From the human T2T-CHM13v2.0 reference genome, Homo sapiens, in assembly GCF_009914755.1 (NCBI RefSeq), contig NC_060940.1: a stretch of 64,000 nucleotides of DNA, one strand, 5' to 3'. The notes under the pieces were generated by a model. It was given only the letters and a program-made list of their open reading frames with translations, did not search any database and was not told where the DNA came from. Below, piece after piece: positions 1 through 16,209 of this stretch. Within the stretch, counting starts at the first letter, position 1. Each line of letters opens with the position of its first letter. The position numbers and the translations under genes are program-made.

Positions 1-66
1 CGGAAACCTGGATTTTAAAGTCTTCCAGGTGATTCTGATGTATGCTCAAATTTCAGAACCACTGCC
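1..66. mobile_element. MER5-family hAT-Charlie MITE, terminal fragment
   Basis: ccaggtgattctgatg...tttcagaaccactg matches the recalled MER5A/B end. Confidence 0.7.
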
Positions 67-1454
67 TTAGGAGGTGGTGGTATTTTGTGAGTTTGCATGA
101 AAGGCTATTGGCAAATATAGACACCAAAAATACAAACTCATCACCTCTGAATTCCATTTAGTGAAGGCCAGAGTCCAAAGCTCTAAAATGCTTATTACTA
201 TTCAAAGCTGCCTTGGTTGGCTCTGAGAACAGACTACACTCACTCACACTCACATACAGGCCTGGCAGCAAATTCTCTGCTGTTCACTCACCATTGATGC
301 AGAATTGAGCCGGGCTCAGTTGTGCAGTTGATTATAGTCTGGTACGGGGTGACCAGTTACTCTAATCCTGTACTCTTTGGAAAACAAAGAGCCAAAGTAT
401 CCGGATATCTGGAGTATGCAGAGGAGGCCCGCGGGGCTCCAGTTTCATCTGTATATTGCTGGGCAGACTAAGAGTGTGGCTATATGTTCCTTCCACTACC
501 CACACTTGCTCCCTTTCGGATTTAAGCATTCTGCTCAGGGACATATTAATATGCAAAGAAAATCAAACATCACCAGAAAGATGGAAAGTACAAAGAGTCA
601 GTGATTATTAAAGTTGGGAGAGCAAGAACCAGTTATTTTTTCCAACCTTCTAATGGACTCTGAGGCCCACCCAAAAGCAGTCGATGGCTGCCATAGAAAG
701 AATTCAGCCTCCCAAGCTCTCTTGGCTTTCCCATGATGCAATGGTTCAGCACAGAAAATCTGTCTACAAGGACTATTGCCACTGATGTTGTTGGAAAAAG
801 AAACAGACAAAAGGAAGAAAAATCATAGTGTCTTCAAAAGCCAGGGGAGTTTAGGACAAGGTTGAAAATTACATGCAATGATAGAAAGCAATGATCTTTG
901 CCAATGGGTAGTTCTCAGGCTGAGCTTGGCCTACAGGAGGGTTTTGTTTAATCCACACTTGGCCCAGTTCAACAGTTTTGTTTTTAAAGGTGAATTTGTT
1001 GCCACTGAACAAAAATCAGAAAATCTCATACAAAAATACTGGATCACTCTGTCCCAAAACATACCGGACAATCCGGCCATACTGGGGCCACATCCTCATG
1101 GGGCAGCCATGTCACCATCCCCATTCCAGACAGCTGCTCTCATTTGATACCCACCTAACCTCAGCAAGCATTTGACTTTTCAAGTCCTAATTAAAGCAAA
1201 TCCTAAGTTTATACCATTTAGTATCTAGAACCTAAATTATTTCAGTTCTAGTCTAACACAGAACTGTGGTCTCCTGGGCAGTTGCTTTCCAATGATAGGA
1301 AACGGGAATCTTTAGAAGACAAGTCACATAGAAATCTAAAATCGATGACCCAGTAAGTGTTCACATTCTCTGCCAATAAAATCAAATGGAAAATGTAATA
1401 ATCTATAAAATTACAGTTGTTAAGAAAAGCTAACCAAATTACTTAACTTTTTTA

Positions 1455-1595
1455 TATTCGTGTATGTGTTTATTGTCTGCCCCCTCTAAGGGACCATAAG
1501 CCCTATGGGTACCTTGTTCTGGTCATTGTCATATGCCCAATGCCTAAAACAATGCCTGTAGGCACTTGTCAGATATTTGTAGGGTGAGTAAACAG
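1455..1595 (+). mobile_element. L2 LINE 3' end fragment
   Basis: tgtttattgtctg...tgcctaaaacaatgcctg...ggcact...atatttgt pattern. Confidence 0.6.
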
Positions 1596-2199
1596 TCATA
1601 TATATGGAAACTTTACTTATGCTAGGCATGGTTCTAAGCACTTTATGAGTATTAAGATCTCAGAGCGTTCCAATGAGAAAAAGACTCTAGCAGATGTGGA
1701 AATCAAGACAAAGGGGGCAGTTAGCGAATGTCCTCATGTTGCCCCACTGGCCAGTGACATGGCAGGGATGAAGAGAAAAGAGCTGGCCCACTCTTCCTCC
1801 TCCCTAACTGTAGCTACATTGCTTGGGCTGAAACTAGTAAACCAAAGACCCAGAAGCCACTCTGGGTCTTTGAATCTCTTTCTGACGCAAAGTAGGTGCT
1901 CACCAAGAGATGTCTGAATTTGCTAGTTAAAATCATTATTTATCTGAGAATAAAAATAGGCTGTTAAAGAAGCCCTGTAATCTAATGAAAAAGCAAGGAG
2001 TTATAAAGTTACAGACCCTCTCAGGGTTCTATTTTTTTTTTCTTTTTCCTTAAGTAAATCACTTAGCTTTTATAGCTTCCTGTTTTCCCGTCTATCAAAA
2101 TTGGGCAACTACTTTTTTCTACATCCTTTTCAGGAGGACATTCAAAGGGCAAAATGTGCTAGAGGAAAATGTAAGAGGTAAATATTTATAATGACAAAA

Positions 2200-2380
2200 C
2201 TAATTTTACAAGTTTAAGACATTGCTTTCAATTCATTATTCTCGTTTTCATCAAAGACCCCTGTTAGGACAGGGATTGTTAACTCCATCAAAATGAGGAA
2301 AGCAAGGCCAGGAAACATTGGATCACCAGCCAAAGATCACAGAGTTGACAAGTAGTAGAACTGAGGCCAGAACCAACCAA
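2200..2380 (-). mobile_element. MIR SINE fragment
   Basis: atgaggaaagcaaggcc...aagatcacagag...agtagaactgag core. Confidence 0.6.
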
Positions 2381-4256
2381 TTTTTACACTGGGCCAAGTG
2401 TAATCGTGTAACGAGAACTGTGGAAAGTGGGCTGTCACTGAAGATGTGCTCTGGGAAGTAACGGGGCCGGGGTATAGACACGCATGCAGTGAACATAGAA
2501 CCAGGCAGTTTGCTCCCCAGTAAAGATGAGAGAGCAAGTTTCCCAGAGCTATGGAAAGCCATGCAAGGGATGAGAGAGACAGGTGGGGAGGATCCAAGGT
2601 AAAGGGCATGAGCAAAGTGGTTTAAGGAATATTCCAGAAGAGGTTTGAGAGTGCTGTCTGTGCTGGAGTCGAGATACTGGCAGAGATAGGAAGGGAAAGA
2701 GGGTGTTGGGAGCTTGTGGTTTTCTTAGTGGAAAGAACTTGGGCATTGGAGGTAGAGAGTCCTGGGTTCAAATCCTGAAGTGGCCTCTTTCTGTTTCTGA
2801 ATCTCTATTTCTTCCTTGGTTTGGTTGATTTGAGATTGGAAAGAGGTAATGTCTGAGAGCTCCCAGCCCAGAGCCTCGCACATAGAGTCTGGCCCTCACC
2901 CGTTAACAGCTCCTGCTCTGATTCTACCGAGGACGGGTTGGACAGGGAGAGAGGAGAGGCAGGCAAAGGAGAGGAGAAGCTCAGAGATGCCCTACTGCGA
3001 ATTCATTAGCACTGTGAGATGGAGCGCCATCTCCCCCTCAAGGTTTTGCTGAGGTACAGAAGCATCTCAATCAGCCCTACAGGGACTTTCAGGCTCCGGT
3101 GTTGATCTGCGTGTGAGTGTTTTATACAAAGAACTCTGTCTTGCAGCCAGGCCTGTAACTGGGGAAATGCTGCAATGATCTCCCTCACAGGGCTGATGCC
3201 TTCCACCTCCCCAATCACCTTTCAACTGTGTCTTTGAGGCCTCTCTTTCCCGATTGTTCAGAAGCATCTTGTGTGTCTAGATAATCGCCTTCCCGGGATC
3301 TGCTGACCGGCAGCATGCAGCCTTGCCAACCGGGCCATAATCAGGCTTTTGACATACAAAGGTCAGCTTTATTGTTGTTTTTATTTTTGTGAGTGATGTA
3401 TAGTTTAAGAAACAGATTCATTCAAGGGGAAACAGGCAACTACTAACCATTAGACAGAGGGAAATAATTGCTTTTTAATACATTATTTATTGCCTGTTCA
3501 ATTCTAACATCTTTCTTGTCTGGCTCATAACTTCAACACATTAGAAAGCTCCTATTTCCTCTCCGTTGTATAAGTGTAGACAGTAAAAGTGTATTGATAC
3601 TAGTAGCAAAGACAGGCATTCTTTAAGAAATTTTTCTTCTGTTGTAGACATTTTCCTTACTATTCTGTTTCAAACATTTTCTTTTGTCTGTGTCAAGTCA
3701 TTTCAGTGTGGTAGAAAATAACCTCTTCCTGGGCTCAAACACAGCTCTTAATAAACAGCATTCCTTTCTAGTATGTTCTAGGATGTGTGTTTGATAACGG
3801 GCCTGGGTGTCTACCCATTGAGGGGAGGTGACTTTGTTGGGGTAGAATTGAGATCTGAATGTGCATGTCATTGGCTTTACTGAACTACCCCTTTGGGACT
3901 GAAAACCTTGCAAGGGCAGGCTGAGGCGAGGATGGCTGCTCAGGTCTTGTGTCCCCGTGGCAATGCGTATCCTCGCTCTGCCATTTTCAAAGTGCTCAAG
4001 ACTGGCCTCAGGCCAGGCATCACATGCTTATGCAAGACCAGAGCTTTTTCTACTCACCATGGCGGCAGGTGTGGAGACATCACTTTGCCCCCCTGGCCAC
4101 GGTCACCATTGGCAGAGTCATCCGTTCCAACCCATACCAATCTGAAAAAGACCCCTTGTGCCTGTGCAAAAGTGCCTGTAATATTTGTATGTTTCCCAGG
4201 CAAAGGATCCTTAAAGCTGAAAGGAAAAGTAAAACTCAGCAGCTATAAACTGTACC

Positions 4257-4580
4257 AGGAGCAAACTCTGACTCCAGATTTTTGTGACTCACAGAGTGTT
4301 TTGTTTATAAGTGTTGTTACCAACACTTAAGCATCAGAAGAGTTGTATTAAAATATGAATTTCTCTTTCTCCGGAGAAGTCAGCTCTGGCCACCTTGGCC
4401 CCTTGCTCCGTGGTCACAGTTAAGTGGGGTTGAGTGACAGCTGTCCCGCTGAGTGAACTTGAGCACTCCAACTCACCAAAGTCCCCATGGCTCCCTGTGG
4501 CTCTATACTCAGGGCATTCCCTGAATATAAAGTATAAAGTCCCTTATGTTACCTATCTGATTCCATAGGCATTTAGAACA
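4257..4580 (+). mobile_element. MER102 hAT-Charlie element
   Basis: gtgttttgttt...ccaacact...ctggccaccttggccc...ccaaagtcccca...tatgttacctatctgattccataggcattt follows the recalled MER102 order. Confidence 0.65.
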
Positions 4581-4599
4581 TTTAAGAAAATCTATTTAA

Positions 4600-5165
4600 T
4601 TTTTGGCTGTGAAACTGATGTGTGCAAAAAGAACTACAAATAGTATAAAAGAAATAAATAGTGAAAAAGAAGGTGCCCTCTCACCCTGACCTGCAGTCTC
4701 TCAGGACAATCACAGTTCTGTTTCCTGTGTCTCTTTCTAGATATACAGTACGCATATGTATGCATATTACATCATCACCTTTTTAAAGTACAAGAATGCA
4801 CACAATATTTTGCGTTTGACATAATATATTTTAGGCATCATATCTTATCCATACATAGAGATCTGTCTTATTCTTTCCAAAGGCTGCATAGTATTCCTTT
4901 GTGTGGATGCACCATAATTTATATAACCAATTTTCTACTGATGGACATTTAGGTTGTTTCTAATACTTTGCAATCACAAACAGTGCTAATATGAATTCCT
5001 TGTGCCTGCTTATCTGTACAATTGTGTGGATGCATCTGGAAGAAAAATTCTTAGAGGTGGAACTGCTGGATCAATGTCATTTAAATTGTGATACATATTG
5101 TCAAATGACCCCACAAGTGCTCATGCTAATAGATAGTTCTATTCACAATGAATAAAAATGTCCCC
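4600..5165 (-). mobile_element. Old L1 (L1ME-like) 3' fragment
   Basis: ggctgcatagtattcc...ataatttatataacca...gatggacatttaggttgtttc. Confidence 0.75.
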
Positions 5166-6229
5166 TAGATCTAGGACCTGATATGATCCAATCCACTGGA
5201 CAAGTGAGGAAACTGAGGTCCAGAGAGAGGAAGTGAAATGGCATGTAAATAGCACAGCACAGACTTGAGTTGATGCAGGACTCAAGATGCCATTCGCCAC
5301 CTCCCTTCCACCATGCCCCAGCTGTTCAGTTCTCCAGCCTCCTTTTGTAGGAAACTAAACCAAGGGGCCCTGGGATTAGCTCTGGGGTTCGGCAACTGGA
5401 CCCAGGCCAGCTTTGGGGGAGCAGATGTTCTGCTAACAAACACTTCCATAATGACTGGCACATGCTGTCACCTTGGTGGGCTGGCTCAGCGGTGAAGGCC
5501 AAAGATTAAATGGACCATGGAAGCTGAATTACCAACCCAGCCCTTGGTGGTTTTTAAATTATAGATTTTTAAACAAAGCTAAATATAGAGCAATTAAGAA
5601 ATGGCTCCACATTCTACCCCTAAGAAAAAAACAGCTGAACTGGAGCTAAACACAGCACATGCATATGCATGTGAAATAGGCGAGGAACAGAGGGAGCTGG
5701 TTAGAGTAAAATCCAAACTCCTTCCAGCAGTTCTTCCAGCATAGCCCCCATACTCCTGCCTCAGGGTCTTGGTACATGCTGTTCCCACTGCCTGATGCAC
5801 CTCCTCTGTTTTATTCTTCTCATAGCTGGCTCTTTCTCTTCCTTTAGAATAGAAACATTCTTAGATTTTTCCCATTCGTCCAATTCCTATCTCAGTCTCG
5901 TTTTCTTCTTCCTTGTATCCTATATGACAACTGGCCATTTTCTCATTGATTTACTTTTTTTTTTAATCTGATTCCCCCACTAGAGCCAAAATCTCCATTT
6001 GCTCTTCTGCACCATTAAGACGATATTTCCATTCTGCCTGTTGCTGTGAGGACAAATAAGATAATCTGAGTCAACCCACCCTCAATGATCACCTCTCCTT
6101 TGAACTCAGTAGCATTTCTAGTCTGTGGCATGAAATTTAAAGCTTTGTTGTATAGTACAGGGGTTCTGCAAGTATAGCACATAGACCACAGTGAGTAAAA
6201 ATGATGCTGTTATAGGTGGGACATGGAGA

Positions 6230-7350
6230 AACTTTTAAAATATCTTTTCATCGCAGCTACTCCCTAGTACCACCCGGGTCTAAAGCATCATAATTTCTGT
6301 GATTACTGCATCACTTCTGTTTCCTCATTGGCCTTCCTTCCTTCCATCCTACAGTGTATTCTGGTCTCAGGAGCCAGAGGGGTTCTGTTAAATAAGTCTT
6401 GTCATGCCACTCCTCTGCTCAGGAATCTTCCATGATTCCCATGTCCCTCAGAGAAAAATCCCAGGTCTTTACAATGATCTATAGGACCCTGTACAGTTGG
6501 GTCCTACCCCACCCTTACTTCTTGGCCCTCATCTATGACCTTCCTCATATTTGCTCACCTCTAAGCCCATGGATGTCTTCAAACATAGCAGGCACATCTT
6601 TACTACAATGCCAGTGCCCCTTCTGTCCCTCTGCCTGGAATCCTTTTTTTGTTTTTTTTTTAATTTGCTTGTTTTTTGTTTTAGAGACAGGGTCTCCTTC
6701 TGTTGCCCAGGCTGGAGTGCATTGGTACACTCATAACTCACTGCAGCCTTGACCTCATGGGCTCAAGTGATCCTCCAGGCTCAGCCTCTTGGGCAGCTAG
6801 GACTACAGGCATGTGCTACCATGCCTGGCTATTTTTTTTAATTTTTCTTTTTTTTTTTTTTGTGGAGATGAGGTCCCAGTATGTTCACCAGGCTGGTCTT
6901 GAACTTCTTACCTCAAGCGATCCTCCCACCTTGGCCTCTTGGCCTCCCTATGTGCTGGAATTACAGTTGTGAGCCACTGTGCCCAGCCTGAACCGTTTAC
7001 TCCCAGTTATCTGTATGACTTGAGTCCTCATCTCCTTCAATCTCCTTAACTGATCTTCACTCAACAGTCAACTTCTCATTGTGCCCTTCTCCAACTACCT
7101 TCTTTAAAATCGCTACCCACTCACACCACTTCCTGTCCCTTTTCTCTACTTCATTTTTCTCCAAAGCCCTTACCACTTTCAGTGTTCCGTATTTCTTCTT
7201 TACTTCTCTTCTGTATTGTCTCTCTTCCCTACTAGACCATAAGTTGCAGGAAGGCAGGGATTTTTCTGTTTTTTCATAGCTATATTTCTCGCATCCAGAA
7301 CAGTGCCTTAGTAGGATCTCAATAATTATTGTCAAATGAAAAAATGAATT
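6230..7350 (+). mobile_element. L2 LINE 3' region, interrupted by an Alu
   Basis: catgccactcctctgctcagga...ccctctgcctggaa | ...actagaccataag...cagtgcct...aaatgaa. Confidence 0.75.
6644..6988 (-). mobile_element. AluJ
   Basis: T-rich tail, gagacagggtctc...gcctcaagcgatcc-like motifs, ends gcccagcc. Confidence 0.92.
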
Positions 7351-7364
7351 TGGATGATTGAGAG

Positions 7365-7866
7365 TATATTAGGATTCTCCAGAGAAACAGAACCACATGG
7401 ATATATATAGATATACAAAAAGATTTATTTTGAGGGATTGGTGAACACAACTACAAAAGCTGAGAAGTCCCATCATCTACTTTCTGAAAGATGAAAGCTA
7501 ATGGTGTAGTTCCAGCTCAAAACCAAAGTCCCGAGACCCAGGAGAGCCAGTAGTGTAAGTCCCAGTCCAAGTCTGAAGGACTGAGAACCAGGAGTGCCAA
7601 AGTCCAGGAGCAGGAGAAGATGGATGTTCCAGCTCAAGCAGAGAGCAAATCCACCCTTCCTCTGCCTTTTTGTTCTATTTGGGCCCTCAACAGATTGAAT
7701 GATTCCCACGCACACTGGTGAGGACAGCTCTACCTTACACAGTCTGTAATTCAAATGCTAATCCCTTCTGGAAACACCCTCACAGGCACTCCCAGGAATA
7801 ATATTTTACCAGCTATCTGGTCATTCCTTAGCCCAGTCAAGTTGACACATGAAATTAATCATCACA
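7365..7866 (-). mobile_element. MLT2B-like ERVL solo LTR
   Basis: Ends cccagtcaagttgacacatgaaattaatcatcaca (reverse complement of the MLT2 5' end); flanks gagag/aagag as a degenerate 5-bp TSD. Confidence 0.85.
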
Positions 7867-8419
7867 AAGAGTAAGCAACAGAAACTGACTCTGCAGAGAG
7901 TAAACAGAAGCTGTTAGTTACCTGGAAAGTTGCTGGGGTTTAGAGCCTCAACCAGAGCCAGAAAGAGCAGACTGGGAACCAGCAGGTACCCAGCAGTTCC
8001 AGGAGAGCTGCACTGCAAAACCCTCCCAGAGCTTCCTGGCACAGCTGATGGAAGAACTTGACTCCATCACTACCTGTAGTGATGGTGTCAACTGATCTCC
8101 TTGTGTCCTAGAACCTCATGCTCAAGACTCAGAGTCTGGGAGATGTGCCTGACTGCCTAGGTCTGATTGTATTCAGCACTATCATGGCCCAGGTAGGGAG
8201 AGAAAAGGTGGATTTGGACTGTCCACACAATGGGACATTCCCCAAAAGAAAGATTCTGATGCTTTTAGGAAGGAAAGTATTGGATAGTGTACATAAAAAA
8301 ATAAACAATGACTTTAAACATCGAACTTCTTTATGTTATTTTCTATTTATAACAAGTATAGTTGTTAAGAGTGTGGTCTCTGAAAGAGAGACAAAGACAA
8401 AAATATCAAAATGGGGAAA

Positions 8420-10100
<1,681 letters not shown>

Positions 10101-10281
10101 ACTCAGGAACTGTAACTTTGAGCAGAAGTGACATGAGGTCAAAACTGGTTGCAATAATTCTCCCTAAATATGGCTCCCAGAAGGAGCATTCCAAGTGCTT
10201 TTGCTAATTGGCCTTCCAGAATAGTCCTTGATTCTCCCAGTGTGGCTTTTTCTATATTTTTGGAACCACTCCATGCCCCTC

Positions 10282-10665
10282 TGTGATGGTCAATTTTATG
10301 TGTCAACTTGGCTTGGCTGTAGTCCCTAGTTATTTAATTAAGCACTAATCTAGTTGTTACTGTGAAAGTATTTCATAGATGTGATTAAAGCTCCTAATCA
10401 GTTGACTTTAAGTAAGGGTGATGATCCTGAATAATCTGACTGGGCCTGATTTAATCAGGTGAAAGGCCAGAAGAAGAAATTCTACCTGTGGACAGCAGTT
10501 CAGCCCATGCCCAAGACTTCCAACTTGCCCTTCCAGAAAGCCTGTCCTACAGATTTAGGACTTGCCCAGCTAGCTCCACATTACATAAGCCAATTCCTTG
10601 CCATACACCTGTTAACATATATCTTCTGCTGGTTCTATTTATCTGACTGAACTCAAATTAATATA
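10282..10665 (+). mobile_element. MLT2D-like solo LTR with 5-bp TSD ccctc
   Basis: Starts tgtgatggtcaattttatgtgtcaacttg; ccctc at 10277-10281 and 10666-10670. Confidence 0.85.
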
Positions 10666-11189
10666 CCCTCTAATAAACTTCTTTTGTTTCTCTCTTAATG
10701 TAGTTTCTGCTGCTTATTACGAAGTAACAGAACCTCACATATAGTACAATGTTAATAATGTTTCCATAACTCCTCCTGTAGAAGCTTCTCAGCATGGAGA
10801 AAGTCAGGCATAGGCTCTTCCCTCCATCAGATATGGGCTCCATGTTTACCAAAGCCTCCTTCTTCCTGATCTGGAGGCCCCATTAGGATTAGCAAGAGGC
10901 TGTATCGTCAGCCGGTTCTGGGGTTCCTGCCTCTGTGCCCTGCTAATCAGGCTCAGGATTTGTCAGCAGCCCTGAAATATTCATGAACAGCTGTTTCAAT
11001 GATTATAACAGCTGCACAAATAGAGAGGAGGCCCACAGGGGAGTCAGGGAGGAAGGAGAGCTGGGGTTTTCATGTCATCTTCTCTTCTGTTCTCAATCCC
11101 ATCAGACAAAGGAAGACTTTGGGAAATCCCAAAGAACTCCAGCCAGATAGTGCCAGGCTTCAGCACAGAAGCCACAAGAGCCCAAGAGC

Positions 11190-11357
11190 CAGAGCATCAG
11201 CTTCCCCTAGAGGGCTTGGTTAGTCTCTGTTAAAACACAGATTGCTGGGCCCCATCACAGAGAATATGATTTAGTAGGTCTGGGGTAGGGCCCAGGATTT
11301 TGCATTTTAGTAAGTTCCCAGGCAATGCTGATGCATCAGGTCTGGGAACCATATTGG
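11190..11357. mobile_element. MER5A
   Basis: cagattgctgggcccc...agtaggtctggggtagggccc...ttgcatttt...aagttcccagg..atgctgatgc. Confidence 0.8.
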
Positions 11358-11599
11358 TCTACAATATTAAGGCAACAACTCACAAAAAAGAGAAATATAT
11401 AGACAGTCTGTGCCTTATTTGCCTGAAGAAAGCCCACTTGAGTCTTGTGCTTATGAGTTTCTTCTCTGAGCCTCAGGGTTTGCACAGAACTGCTGGAGAT
11501 ACCTGGTTACCCTGAGATGTGATCAGAGGTTCCCAAGTCATTAGGTTGAGAATGGTTTTGAGCAAGACTCACCTCAATGTCTCCAGATTTCAATCACTC

Positions 11600-11760
11600 C
11601 TATAAGATCTTATTCCACTACTGTCTAGCTGTGCATCTTAGAGAATGAATGACTAAATCTCCCTGTCCCTCAGTTTCCTTATCTACAAAATGGGGATAAC
11701 AATAGTAACTGTTTCATGAACTGTTGTAAGAACTCCATGAGATGGTGTGGATAAAGAGGT
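11600..11760 (+). mobile_element. MIR
   Basis: cctcagtttccttatctacaaaatggggataacaatagt. Confidence 0.8.
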
Positions 11761-11764
11761 GCTA

Positions 11765-11903
11765 GGCCTCCCATTGGCTGAATCCAAGGGCAAGGGAGCC
11801 AGAGGTGCAGTCCACAGGAGTTCACCTCCTAGAGCACAGAGCAGGAAGAGCGGGGCAGAGAGTGGATGGGTTGGGACAGTGGCAAACGGAGAATCAAGAA
11901 CAT
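11765..11903 (-). mobile_element. LTR33-like ERVL LTR fragment
   Basis: agagcacagagcagg...gagagtggat...ggcaaacggagaat is the reverse complement of the recalled LTR33 start. Confidence 0.6.
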
Positions 11904-11941
11904 TCGATGCTTGATCAATGTCTACTGTTATTTGTTATTGG

Positions 11942-12022
11942 TAGGGTGAACATACATCCCAGCTTTCTGGGACAATTCCAATTTATGGCTGTTGTACATT
12001 TTCACTCTCAAAGGTATTTCAC
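11942..12022. mobile_element. MER94 hAT-Blackjack fragment
   Basis: tagggtgaacatacatccc...gggacaattcc...gctgttgt...tttcactctcaaa. Confidence 0.6.
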
Positions 12023-13479
12023 ATCTCAAAGGGCTTTATATAGAAATTCTAAAATCCCATCATTTAAAAGATAAAGTCTACAGTCATTGTAGTTATTAGC
12101 CATTATCAAAGTATGTGAGAATCTGATCTGCAATGGAAAGAGAGTTCCAAAGAAATAATTTTGGTCCTTTGAACACAACACGCTCAACCCAGTGTTAGGT
12201 TTACTGATGCAGGTGGAGCACTCAATTGGCGAACATATACATATAAGAACATAATGTAGAAAAGTGCACATTTATGCTTTATGTGCTTTTCTGTATTTAT
12301 AGGATGCGTTAATAAATATGTTTATTGTTTTTAAGTATTCAAGCCATGTCACTTTCTAAAATAATCAGCTTAGCTGGGCCAAGAACACAGAGAAAAGCTG
12401 TTTTTTAAGAAAAACTCAGCATCTCTCTGAAATGTTCTGCAAAAGCCCCTAACCCAGGGAACAGGGCAGCAGGTGCACCAGGCCCATGTGTGAGAAATTT
12501 TCCAAGGAGACTTTGAGGAGCCAAGACAGAGTTAAGTCCTTGTCTCCAAAGAATCTACCGCGCATCTCCTATCCACTTGCTTTATCTGTTTAGCAAACTC
12601 ACCCTACATCTTACCTCCTCTTTGCGCCTGACATCTAGGAGGATCTTTGAAATTTATTTTCTCCTTTTAGGCTGCTGTATTTTTAATGTCTGAGTGAAAA
12701 AACAAAGGAAGATGAACACCAGACAAGATCGTTTCATTCCTCCATGAGCTGTTTGGAGCCTGGCTCAAGCTCAGCTACCATAAATGTTTTAAAATTCTGT
12801 CTTTGCAAGGGAACAAGTGCTGGTGTAGTCATCTACGCCAAAGTCAGGGCCCTGTTTCTGCCTTTCCTTTGGTGGCATAAAAGGCACCCCCTGCATCAGT
12901 CATTAACAATCTATTAACACAAGCAGCCCAGAGAAGATTTCCCTGTCTGGTCAACCATAATGGAAGAAATTCCTGCTGCCCAGCTGGCCGTCCCATGATC
13001 AGCTTATGCAGGCTGTTTTCAGCTTAGAAAAAGGCCTGCTGATTCCTCTTTCATCTCTCTCTGAGTAACAGATACCTGGCCGGCCTGCTTTCCTCCTCCC
13101 TCACTGCAAAATTATCCACCTGCCTCCTCGGCTTCTGTTATTAAGAGCTGCTCACACAAGCACTGACAATATTGATTGTGTCCAAGTGGCATGCGGGGCT
13201 GTAAGATGTCGACTCGGCATGCGGGCCAGAACTCAGGGCTGTTTCATCCACCCACGTCAGAATAAGGAGGGTCTTGAGGGGTCTTGAGGAAGTAGTAGTG
13301 TCTGCCTGGTGTTTCTGACTCTCGAATTTAATTGGTTTTGATTTGAAGCAAAACCAATCAACATGATGATTTTTAGCTAGTCAATCAGAATCTGGTTTTT
13401 TAAAAAGCCCATGTGCCTTCAAAAATACATTTTGGAAGTTTGCAAATCTAGAGAATTGTATTCTAGTCTTTATTTTTTT

Positions 13480-14680
<1,201 letters not shown>

Positions 14681-15189
14681 CTCCTAAAGGCCTACGTGGG
14701 TTCTCCATTTAACATGGATATCATAAGCACTTTCTATGTGCTAAGCACCGTGCTGGGATAATGCAGACCTAAGCAAACTGCTCCACACTTTGCTCCTTGT
14801 AGTTGGGGAGAAAAGACATGCATTAATCAAATAACCATGCAGATAGCTATACAATTACACATTGTGATAAGTGCTATGTAAGAAAAGAACAGATTCCTGT
14901 AAGTTATGTCAAGGAAATAGAAGAAAATCTCTACCTGTCAATTTACAAGCTCCTGAAAAGCCAATTTTGTCTATCATTTATTCATCCAACCAACAGACAT
15001 TTGATGTAAGTCTCCTATGTACAAGGCCCTGGACAGAATAGATGGGAGAGGAAGCCTCTGGCAGGGGGAGAGGTATCAAAAATTGGTAAGACAGAGGTCC
15101 TGCCCTCTACAAGTTCATAGTCTCATTAGGGAAGCAGAGAAGTAAATGGGTGAATGCCAATACAGTGACTGGTGATATAGCAAAGGTGC

Positions 15190-15660
15190 ATCAGTCAAAT
15201 AATCTGAGTATTTAAAACAGAAAGAATTGAATACGGGGAATTGGCTACCAACGATAGAGGACATAAGCCAAACATGGGGTTGTGAGGCAGCCAAGATGGT
15301 TAACAATAGCAAGATAAGCTGCACTCCTGAGCTGCAGAAATAAAGGAGGGGTAGACATGGGAGCTGAGGACCAGGGGACAGCAGAAAATAAAGGACTAAT
15401 GGCAGGTCTATCTGGTGGGAACTGGAGCCACAGAGAAAACAGCTGCTGCTGCGAATTCCATCAGAGGCAGAGAGAAAGTGGGAAACACCCTGGCTTCTCT
15501 CTTCCTCTCACCCTCCAGGTCCCAGCAGTGCTTCCCCTTGGTTGAATGCAGCTGGAGGCCAGCTGACGCAGCTCTGGGAAATGTAGTGTGTAGGTTGCAG
15601 CCTCCTCCCTCTCCTGCAGGGGAAGGACGGGAAGTGGATCCTCAGCACAACAGGTCTGAA
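15190..15660 (-). mobile_element. LTR41-like ERVL LTR
   Basis: gccagctg...gggaaatgtagt...gcag resembles the reverse complement of the LTR41 5' part. Confidence 0.55.
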
Positions 15661-16209
15661 CAAAATTCCAGAAAACCTTGAAGCATGGGAGAGTAGCCCA
15701 AGAAGAGGAGGAAGAAGAGCACTGCAGACAAAGGAACAACATGAGGAATGGTTGAGGTGTAGGAAACACATTTCTCCCAGCCACATCACCAGGACATCTA
15801 GTTTTGCCAAGCAGAGGTTATTCTTGGCACACGTCCCCATCACAGCTATGTGCACTCATGCATGCACACACATAACACACACACACACCACTACCATCAC
15901 CACCACCACTATCACACAGGGCCCCAGTCTCTCTAGAATATGCTCCCCAGTCACTGTCTTCCCTCTATGTAACTCTGAAGTCTCTGTAGTCCTCACTGAG
16001 CTCACCCATGCTCACTCCTTGTATAGGTCAGGATGCCCAAGTAGACAAGGCCCTTGGATCTTCTAGTCCTGCATAGAGGCCTGGGGCTTCGTCCCAGGGA
16101 ACCCTGCAGTGCCAAGCATTAACACTTTAGTTGCTGGATCTAGAGGAGTTTCAAGGAGTCCCAGGGGAGGTGATAAGAAAGCCAGGGCAGCAGAGGCACT
16201 CAGGGGATA

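Noticed and set aside
15500-15560. CTCF motif expected in an LTR41-like element
   Set aside because: The corresponding sequence is degenerate and does not match the core
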